A stretch of 64,000 bases of DNA from Fimbriosthenelais zetlandica (lineage: Eukaryota): positions 8,060,001 through 8,124,000 of the forward strand of contig OZ365115.1 of the NCBI GenBank assembly GCA_977030845.1. Reading direction: 5' to 3'. Below the pieces are notes generated by a model, which was not told the DNA's origin, searched no databases, and saw only the letters and a program-made list of their open reading frames with translations. Positions 54,401-64,000 of the stretch are shown here, piece by piece. Position numbers and translations under genes: made by a program. The first letter of the stretch is position 1, and the number at the start of each line of letters is the position of its first letter.

Positions 54401-55989
54401 TATTTCACGTGAAGGATATATTGTGATATCCCCGAGTGATTGTGAACTCTTCCAGGACTCATACACTCTATAGTAACAGGATTAGCCCGGAAGGAACCAA
54501 TCAAGACGACATCAATAAATAACTATCTTTTTCTATTCCCTCTGTCAAAGTATCAGCTGAGCTGGCATTATGGCAGCTCAGTGAATTCCAGTTGCTCATT
54601 TTTAGGAGGAGCAGGTTGGAATTGCTCGCATTTCCTTCTGGCAGGACGATTGCTCTCCGAGGTAGTTGCCGGGGAAATCAGGTTTGGGTGTGATTCTGTG
54701 CGGGCTGTGGTAGGGGCGGTCTCCAGGGTGAATACAGGCTATAGTGTCTCTCAGACTGGAGGCGGGGGGTGAAAGTGTCAGACTGAGGAAAAAGGCAGGG
54801 AAATGGGGTTCAGACTTGGCTACAACCACATCATTATGGAACACCAATGGGAGCTGGGTGTATACCATTGGTACAAATAAAAGCTTCGTATTTCCCCATT
54901 AGATTTGAGGTTATATTTCCAAGCTTGCTACACTGCCCTGGAATACATTCGATGGTCGAGATATCAGTAAAATCTGACCACAATGAAGATTCCCTTCTCT
55001 TCCCATCGAAAAACCCAGACATAAAAAAATGTTTAAGGACCCGTGTGTTATAATGTCCAGGCAATAGTCCCTGAGCTCCTGCCAATAAACAGATCTACCA
55101 GCTGGGACCTGGAATCCTGTTCTACACCTTATAAAAGGAGCCGATGGTTCATATGACATATTGTGAGACGACCATTTGGATGCCACTCGGAGCTGTCTTA
55201 TTTAGCGATAAGCTCTCACACATAAAGGCGACCGTCTCATGTAACCAGCGCCCGACCAATAGCTGCTTCATTTAGCTGGAGTGGATCGAACACAATCTGG
55301 AGCAAGCTGATCCTTACGTAGACTGTTAGCTGGGCTTCTCCCTCGGGGGATACTGCTTTATACCTGGATATTGGAAACACGCACATCTCCCTGTCCCTTA
55401 AGGCATGCTCGGGTCTGTAAATGTAGGCATCCCACTGGTTCTTGTTCTCACGCGATGGTAGAATAATGCATAGTGCAAATTTCAAGCCAAATGCCAAGCT
55501 CGTATTGCCATGTCTCTTATATATGTCTAAGGGCGAGGTCTGGGTGGCATTGCAAGGGTCTAATCAAGGAAGGAGAGAATGGGAATTTAATATGATATTG
55601 CATGGATCATGTTGGACAAATATTGAGGGGACATCAACTCAAAAAACATGTACGAATAAGATGTGCAAGATGAAAAGTTCCTTATATTTAAATCAATATG
55701 AACATGCATGAAGGATACTAGATATATCAATGATGAGCTTATATACCCACATTTGTTATTCTTCACGTAACACAAAACTTTTGAAGTGGCTCCACATTAT
55801 ATTTCATAACGATTGCTTCATAACAGACATACAGTAGAGCATCTTTTACCTGTTTGCTATGCTCCCAAAGTTGTGTACACAATCTCATTTCACAAGGAAG
55901 TCTCAAAGAGACAGGTTGCATGATTCCAGGGGAGGAAAGTCATGCATGAAATAACAAAGTGGATGGAAGAAAAGTCTAATGCATGCATA

Positions 55990-57814
55990 TGTCACGGCCC
56001 CAATCGAAATCCGGCCCAGTTTTGAATTGGTCCGGCCCAGATCCAAATTGTGATCCAGGCCGGCCCAGATCACAATTTTGATCTGGGCCGGACCAATTCA
56101 AAATTGGTCCAGCCCCAATCGAAATTGTGATCCAGGCCGGCCTGGATCACAATTTCGATTGGGGCTGGACCAATTCAAAACTGGGCCGGAAGGACGGGTT
56201 GGATTTTAATCTGGTCCAGCCCAAATCCTAATCATGATATCTTGGCCCAAATCAAAATCCTAGTTCAAATATTCCAGTGACACTTAACAGACACAGTACA
56301 TAAATGTTCATAATAAATGTTAATGAAATGTTCATAATAAAAAACGATTACAAAAATATTCAGCTGTTAAATTACATAAAATATTAATAAATTACCAAAT
56401 ATTTTAAAACACATTTTGGCATGCATTGCTGTTAGGGTGGCACTTCGTAGAGCATTTCGTAGAAATAGTGGTAACTGGAACATGGATTATTTTGGATATT
56501 CTGATCGCATCACAAAATATGTTGTTAAGAATATAATAATCAATAACTTAGAAGGAGACTCTTAGAAGAAACATCAACCTCCTGCTTATAAAAGCTTGGC
56601 GTAAATAAAATTAATTCTCATTTAAGATCATCCATTTATCCAGCATAAAGAACCACATTGCCATTTAAAATTTTCATATTTTCCTTTTCCCCCAAATGTG
56701 AAATCCTTAATTCTTTGTTTGTGGTACTTTATTCCAGGCGGGGGGGGGGGCGTTAATTTTTTTTAACACCTCCCGAGGTTAATAAGTGATTGGGTATTAG
56801 GCCTATATTTTAGTGCGACCCTTCCCTATCCTATACTTAAATAACAATTTTAGCGCGACCTTTTTTATGGAATAGGCCGTAGCTAAAGATTGAAGAGTGA
56901 CGCGACATTCACACCCTATTGTGGACTCACAAAATAAATGTTTGCCTTTTTAAATTCAAATGGACTAAACAACTACTGTATTTATTATCCCTAATACCTA
57001 CTCGAGTTAACAAAAATAGTTTGGTATCTTTCTAATGACATGAACTGGTGCAGAAATAGTGGTAACTGGAACATGGATTATTTTGGATATTCTGATCGCA
57101 TCACAAAATATGTTGTTAAGATTATAATAATCAATAACTTAGAAGGAGACTCTTAGACGAAACATCAACCTCCTGCTTATAAAAGCTAAGGCAGTTTGGC
57201 GTAAATAAAATTAATTCTCATTTAAGATCATCCATTTATCCAGCATAAAGAACCACATTGCCATTTAAAATTTTCATATTTTCTTTTCCCCCCAAATGTG
57301 AAATCTTTAATTCTTTGTTTATGAGACTTTATTCTAGGCGGGGGGGGGGGCGTTAATTCTTTTAACACCTCCCGAGGTTACTAAGTGATTGGGTATTATA
57401 AGCCTTTATTTTAGTGCGACCCTTCCCTATACTATCCTTAAATAACACTTTTAGCGCGACCTTTTTTATAGAATAGGCCGTAGCTAAAGATTGAAGAGTG
57501 ACGCGACATTCACACCCAATTGTTATAATTATAGTATCAAGCTTGTGGATTTCATCAAGTCATAATTATAATAATAACACTCTCAATCAACGCCCCTCTC
57601 ACATTCCCTCCGCCACTCCTCCCCTCATTCCTCACCTCTCCACACCATTAAAACTAATACCATCTGAACTAGGATTTTGATTTGGGCCAAGATATTACGA
57701 TTAGGATTTGGTCCGGCCCAGATCAAAATTGTGATCTGGGCCGGCCTGGATCACAATTTGGATCTGGGCCGGACCAATTCAAAACTGGGCCGGATTTCGA
57801 TTGGGGCCGTGACA
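55990..57814. mobile_element. Non-autonomous DNA transposon, 1825 bp, long TIRs, TGT...ACA termini, 4-bp TSD (CATA); Ginger-like
   Basis: cata|TGTCACGGCCCC... and ...GGGGCCGTGACA|cata. The outer ~105 bp match perfectly as an inverted repeat. The inner ~45 bp (ending 56267 / starting 57665) match with 2 mismatches. No transposase ORF inside. Confidence 0.8.
56461..57523. repeat. Direct duplication of a ~465-bp segment (56461-56922 and 57052-57523) inside the TIR element
   Basis: Both copies start agaaatagtggtaactggaacatgg and end gtgacgcgacattcacaccc; they differ by scattered substitutions and small indels. Confidence 0.92.
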
Positions 57815-59860
57815 CATACATGGAATATTTATTATTTGACATGCCATGGAAGGCATCCTGTTCATATGTCTATGTCAGCAGTCGTTTCTCCAGATGCATT
57901 TTTTGTATACATTGACATTAGAAGTCATGAGAGATGTGTGTTAACATCACATGGTGCAGCAGGGACGGTGGCTGGAGGTAGGGGACTGAATGTCAAGCTG
58001 TTAAAATATGTTTAAATATGTTCAATGAAAAAGACCTGAGCACTGGAGAAAATGGTTCGCCTAACATGAAATGGTCAAGATCTACGCACACAATCTAAAT
58101 GAAGTTTGGAAATGTGATATTCATGAATATTCATGAGTCGCTAGATCCCCAATCATAGCACCATTATATCAAAATTTTCCCTTGCTTTCCATTAGCGAGG
58201 GAAATCCCAGAAGACAGGCCTGCCATGAATAGTAAGGACCGGGACTGAGGGGATTGAGTAGATTGATCCTAATTTATGTCTCATTAATGCTAATGTTTCC
58301 CTTATTCATGCCATCCCCAATGAGGAGAGGTCAGCCAGAATGGAAATGTCCTTGACCCTCTGACCTTATTCAGTAGTAATAGTTACAGTGGCCGTCCCTA
58401 GAGGTCTCTTAGCCTAATAATGGACACGAGGCCCCGCCCGCGACATGTTACTATCTCTGGGCTTCTATCCCAACAGGGGTTCATTCCAAACAGAGCCGAG
58501 GCTTTCACGGGAATTACGCCTCATTTAGGCAGGCAACAAGCAGGTCCTCTTACTGGTCAGCATAAGGTACAGACGTCACATATGTGACATATTTTCATGA
58601 GAAAAGAGTCTAAAATCGCAAAATGGATTTTGAGTTAGTTGCAGATTCTTATAGAGAAGATTACGAGCGTTATAAGGATATATTATAACAAATTGATACT
58701 TGCTGTAGGATAGGTAAATATCTAGATTGAGTAGACCTAATGTTTTTTGTTTCTAAGTCTTCTTGCTCAGTCTGCAATATTACCAAAGTATACAGGAATT
58801 AAGATCCCAACCAGGTGCTCTGCTAAGGCCACCGGACCCTCAATTGACCCTTCCGTACACACTAGGTTGTTATTCATCGAGTAACTGACAAAGACAGACA
58901 CAAGTATCTACTCAGGGTGGGGCTAATTTCCTGGTGTCAAGGTGGTTTAAAGGTCACATACCTCCTGTGTATAAAGCCGGACCTGTTTCTTTATGTGGCT
59001 AAGCACTATGTTAGAACCAATGGATCTTTTCACTGAGGTCCATTCTGCAAGATTCTCCAGTCTCAAGTGGAAAAGTAAAATCTACTAGACCCTTTGAGAA
59101 GACAAATGAATGATTCTGTGAATCAAATATTGTGAATAACAAATAATCAGGTGCTTAATGGATGGATAAACATACAATCCATAGCTGCCAAGTTAAATGA
59201 CAGGACAGAGGAAACTCTGGCAGCATGCACTTGACTAATTTTTGTGCTAGATACTAAACTAGAGCCGAGTTCCTTAATTACAATTTGCCTTGGCTAAATT
59301 AGCCATCAGGACGGAGGAGTGAGGAGAGAGAAATCCCATTGCCTTCATAATTATCTACCCTCTAATTTGACCTTGGCCTCTGACTCAACAGGCGCGACTA
59401 CACGGCTCCGTGAATTCTAATTGTTACTTCCATGGCCTGATCCAAAGATTTAATCTAATAACGCAGCATCCAGAGGGACCCATTCTATACATGGTGGATG
59501 GCTAGTTCTTTAACCTTGAAAGAAAAAAAGTCAAGTATGTAGAAGAGGAGATATCAGGAGGGTGCATTAGAGGAAGAGTGAGGGAGGGGAGAGGAGAAAG
59601 GAAAGGGAAGAGGTGGAGGGAAGGATAGAATGAGAGGGGGGAAGGGATAAAATGAGAGGAGATATAATATACCAAGCATTATTGCTGCAGAAATCCTATT
59701 TTCTATATCAAGTACAGATTAAAAATTCATTCCATTGAAGCAATAAAACTGCAACGAAGTGGTCCTTGACAGTAAGTACGCCCAAGTCCCAATATGAAGC
59801 AAGAATTTCAATATATATAGGATTTATTAAAGGAGTAGGAAACAGCCAAGTTAAGAAACC

Positions 59861-59921
59861 TCACGTCATTGGCTGAAACCTGTCACATGACACAATAGCT
59901 CTCCATGGACACACTTCCGGT
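59861..59921. promoter_or_regulatory. Compact motif cluster: CRE-like TCACGTCA, CCAAT box, M-box/E-box GTCACATGAC, ETS ACTTCCGGT
   Basis: Four recognisable motifs in 61 bp, about 3.1 kb downstream of the coding exon 1 donor. Confidence 0.3.
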
Positions 59922-62900
59922 AGGAGCAGGGACTATTCCACAGAGGGAAATGAGCAGGAGGACACAAAATGGTGACAGATCAAATATTCTACTTCGCCTT
60001 CCTCCCAGGCAATCTGATATTTCCACATCATTTTCCCCTCATCAGACTCCTAATGAATGCAGTGTGCTTGACCAAGTTCTTCTTTCACTGAAGCCTGTGC
60101 CTGAAGTCAGTTTATTGGTATCACCAAATCCATTCTATTCTCTAAAATTCGCCAAGGAGAATGGCATTGAAAGTGATATTTAATTTTCAGCAGAGGTGAA
60201 TATAAAATCAAAATGCTATTTTTCAGACGCCCAAATTCCTCTGGAAGAGAGATGCTGACTTATATCTCTTACTAGCCTTACGTAATACCTCAGAATAATA
60301 TATATCGATGAGGAGAGGCCTGCACATAATAATAATCCCCTGCCTGTGGAGACTACCATGGCCTGGCTGCCTGCCACTGGCTGCCTATATAGCTCATGGA
60401 CAGGAGATAGATTGGATGAAGGGCGGAGGGAACCACAAGGGACATCTTGCCATTATGGCATCTCTTAGAACCCCAGTAAAAAGGCAGAGTAAAGATTGGA
60501 GTAGGACATATACATAATACAGAGTGATATAGAGGTGGAGATGAGATAGTGAATGGCATGGAAAAAGGAATAGGAAAATAGCTCGAATCCTTCATACACA
60601 AATATAGTATGATTTGTGATTAGAAATGATGTAACTAGGGTGATGGAGATGAGACAGGTAAAGCGTTGCATCCTGCAAAATTGTGCATGAGGAGCCCTTA
60701 ATTTTGGATCAAACGATTATTATATTTTGGTGGGTAATACTTCAACGATCTCTTATTGATAACAAATATCTGATAATTTATACAAAGAACATTTGGAGTT
60801 TTCCACTCTATATTGCCACTTGTAGGATACTACTCATATTCTAAGTGTAAGAAATTCCTTTCTATACATGTACTGTACATTCCAGGGTTAGGCCGAGCTG
60901 CATAAAACATGGCACCCACGCCTCGCCTCCATGGCCCAACAGAGTGTGCACTTAGCCAGCCAACACTCATTTTTCTCCATCACAGATTATAAATTGACAA
61001 GGATTGCCCAATAGCGCATTACTCAATTTATGGGTGATCTTTGACAGGTAATATACTTAGTGTGAGTATCTCAACCCCAGATATCGGCCATAATGATACA
61101 TGACAGGGCTAAATAGTGAAAGAAATAGAACAGGTTCATACTTGGATTAATCCCTGCAGATTCACAAACATTTGTGTCGCTTCTAAAGGTTAGATGCTAG
61201 GATAGCACTCCATGATGTGCCCATGAGCCTGTAGTTCTTCAGATTTATTTGCTGATTTCTGCCATTCCATCTTAATTATGGGAAATTGGCAGTTTACATT
61301 AAAAGTAAGGCAATTGGGTCTCGATGAAACAATTTATAGAGCTTGATAAATCATCGATCTTGAGATCTAGCCGATCTTTAAAAAAAATCCCATCTGGCTA
61401 GTTGTAAGACTTCTGTATATTTTATTACCACTTTCTCGATCATTCGACCACTTCCGACCAGCTTTGATTTCTTTGCTGTTTTCATTTTTGTCTCTTCAAA
61501 GCATTGCCCTGCGGTTATCTTGGTCGCCCAACCTACCACGACCATCTCCTCCAATCAGAATGAAGCTATACTTCTTGCCCGCACCTACTTCCGGTGCAGG
61601 GCAATCAAGCAGATGCTTGCTAATCTCACCCACCCTCTCTAACTCAGCTTCCTTCTATTTATTCAACGAATAAAAAACAACCTCTGAAATCCGTGATAAA
61701 ATCCTGCCGAAATGAAATGAAAATGGAACTGTTTATCCAAATCAATCTGTCATCACGACAAGAAATCTCGACAAAAGATAAAATTGACAAGGGCTTTGCA
61801 CAAGGTTGTAATTGCATTGGCAAGCACTAGGTCGCTATCGCTCTACCTGATGCATTTGGAAATCTATTGGAAGGAGAGGGCTTGATTGGCAGAACATTAT
61901 AAGCTTCAGTTATCAGGAGCTTTGATGGAGTACCCAAACGCATCTGAAGAATGATGGCTGTTTGCACATTATAGGAATGCCAACGTCAGGGCCGCAGTGG
62001 GAGATGAAAAAGTTCGTGCCAACACTAAAGTGCAATTAATTCAAACATTTAGCGATCCCTTCCAAAGCTCGGTTAATTTCAAGGCCCACTTGATTAATTT
62101 TACACCCCGCAAATAGGAAGGAAAAGTCAGGATATTTAGGAATTGATGAAAGCTATGAATAAATTAAAAGACAAGGCTTTTCCTCATGGGGTAGCGCCAC
62201 CACTGCTGCAAGTGTAACTGCACTAGCAGGGGCTTGCTATGTGTGAGGGATGCCTATGATATTGTGCTCTATTTGCCAGATATATATTTGTGGTAGATGG
62301 CAGTTGAGGACATAGAAGTCAGCTATATGGACAACAAAGTATTAAACTGATAGCAGATACTGTCTTGACATCTGATAGATTTAACTTCCATCATGCCCAC
62401 GCAGTGTCAATTATTAATTCTTAGGAAGCATCTGATACGTCTACTATTGGAATCTGATTACCATTAGGAAAAATCTTATTAATTCCTTTGTATCCAATGA
62501 ATATGGCAATGTAAATGAAAGACCATGCAGGCAAAATTCATATTCAAGGAGGAGCCCTGAGGAAGGTTAATCATGCAGCAAATAAGGCCTTCATGACCAG
62601 AATTTAAATCACATTGATGTCCATGAAAAAGATACAATGAGTAAACACTGATTTAAGACCTGATCTGCGGAAGACAATGGAGGTTTGCTTGCCGGTAAGA
62701 AGATTAAAGGAGACGCAATAATAAAGACTGTATGGACCTATTGAGGCGCAGTCCTGGATTTTCATTTAGTGATTGGCTTTATATTGTTGAATTGTATGCT
62801 CATTTTAAACTTCATTCGACTTAATTTCTCTTCCATTTTGTCTCCTAAATGAGTCTCAAACTCAAACTGACAAGGAGAGACGGTCTTAGAATATTTAAAT

Positions 62901-63055
62901 GTTGACTGAATATAATCAATCCTTTCTCCTATAGTGCATTGGAGTCACTTCTTTCAGCTCTATTGTAAATTTCTTAAGGTGATTTCATTCAAAGTTTACT
63001 AATAGTTTTTTTCACATTTCAATATCAATGATACATCTTGACTCAAAATACTTAC

Positions 63056-63172
63056 CCAGAAGAGGACGTTGAAGGCAAAGAAGACGAACTTGAGGCAGGT
63101 AAATCCAGACAGGTTCTTCTCACCTCCTCGGCCTCGGCCGAAGCCGCGACCGTAGCCCCTCCCGTATCCCAT
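63056..63172 (-). CDS. TSPAN9: Tetraspanin coding exon 1 (MGYGRGYGRGFGRGRGGEKNLSGFTCLKFVFFAFNVLFW)
   Basis: ATG at 63172-63170 and donor TGG|gtaagt. An acceptor (ttttgcag|) opens the exon at 63194, which implies an upstream non-coding exon. The CLKF..F.FN.LFW TM1 motif is present. Confidence 0.92.
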
Positions 63173-64000
63173 CCTGGCTCGCAACTAATCCAACCTGCAA
63201 AACATTGATAAACATACATTAACACATTTAAACATCAGATTTCAAACAAAAATCAAAATCAAATATCTAGATTATTGAACAAGTACAAAAACACCTGTCA
63301 ACACTGCTTTTCTTGAATCAAATGGCAGCAATATGGTTCGTTTGGGTACCTTCAATATTTATGGAGAAAGGACGTGGTCAATTTTCGTTGTGCATGATGG
63401 GCATGGCGACCTTTTTAGCCTTGACTCTATAGGCAGGAAAGAGCGATGCATGTATTTAAATATGAAGCATATATGCGGGAACCATGGCAGGTATATTAAA
63501 CATTATGGAAGGACATTGCTTGGCTGTCGCCATTTTGATAACCGGAAGGAAGTGACAGCCCAATTTACCAGCGCCAGAACGAGGCTGTCAGAAGCTCAGT
63601 CACGTGTAAGATTACAAAATATGTCCCCGCTAGATGGAGCCCCTGCTTCCCCAACCGGTCACTAGGTGGCTAAAGGCGCACACAGCAATGACATAGGAAA
63701 AAACAGTGAATTTCCCGGGTGAATTGGAAACTAAATTTCAATATGGACATACCGTTTTATCCCCTTGGAGTCCTGCTCCAATGAATTGTCTGAGACAGTA
63801 TACATCCACCCAACAAATGAACATGACCATAACTAAATCATGGACTGTCACATGATGTAAGTCATGCATAATGAAAATCTCATAACCACGCGATAATTGA
63901 GTATGCGAGGTAATATACATGATTCAATGATGAATTTGTTTATAACTCGACTTGCTACTGGTCTGATAATGGCTTGAGAAAATAGCATACAAATGATCCC

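Larger units (their letters stand above)
10906..63172 (-). other. TSPAN9: Gene span: tetraspanin, TSPAN4/TSPAN9-like, 265 aa; CDS complement(join(10906..10971,11174..11257,11443..11586,11824..11943,12105..12179,31100..31291,63056..63172))
   Basis: Seven GT-AG exons, all introns phase 0, join into one ORF from ATG to TAG. It has four TM helices, the GCCG motif after TM2 and polar N/E/Q in TM1/3/4. The large loop has the CCG motif and 6 Cys (CCGVMNYTDW...VPDSCC...RCG...SC). CCGVxNYTDW and SLAPSF..LSA are closest to the TSPAN4/9 sequences I recall. An invertebrate gene would be co-orthologous to TSPAN4, TSPAN9 and CD53, so the symbol is approximate. Confidence 0.92.

Noticed and set aside
63747-63800. 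Possible upstream non-coding exon ending at a gtatgt donor (63752)
   Set aside because: A donor-like hexamer alone is not enough; the 5' UTR exon may lie outside the window.

Overview
This is AT-rich animal genomic DNA, probably from a marine invertebrate, although the taxon cannot be fixed from the sequence. It holds two convergent, intron-containing genes that I rebuilt by hand from splice signals, because the ORF track misses most of their exons. (1) Plus strand, 213-3268: the last five coding exons of a pitchfork/PIFO (CIMAP3)-like ciliary gene whose start lies upstream of the window. (2) Minus strand, 63172->10906: a complete 7-exon, 265-aa tetraspanin of the TSPAN4/TSPAN9 type, with introns of 31.8 kb and 18.9 kb followed by four small ones. 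The introns and intergenic DNA contain decayed LINE fragments, several MITE-like elements, mini- and microsatellites, a 143-N assembly gap and a 1.8-kb TGT...ACA foldback element with a 4-bp target duplication (Ginger-like). Best leads: a coding-like 15-codon extension after the tetraspanin UAG (candidate stop-codon readthrough, with a GC-rich fold just 3' of the stop), a YAG|GTGAGT candidate recursive splice site near the middle of the 31.8-kb intron, an unusual GYGRG/RGG N-terminal tail, and possible ancient PIFO-TSPAN4/9/CD53 linkage. All homology calls come from motif recognition, not database searches.
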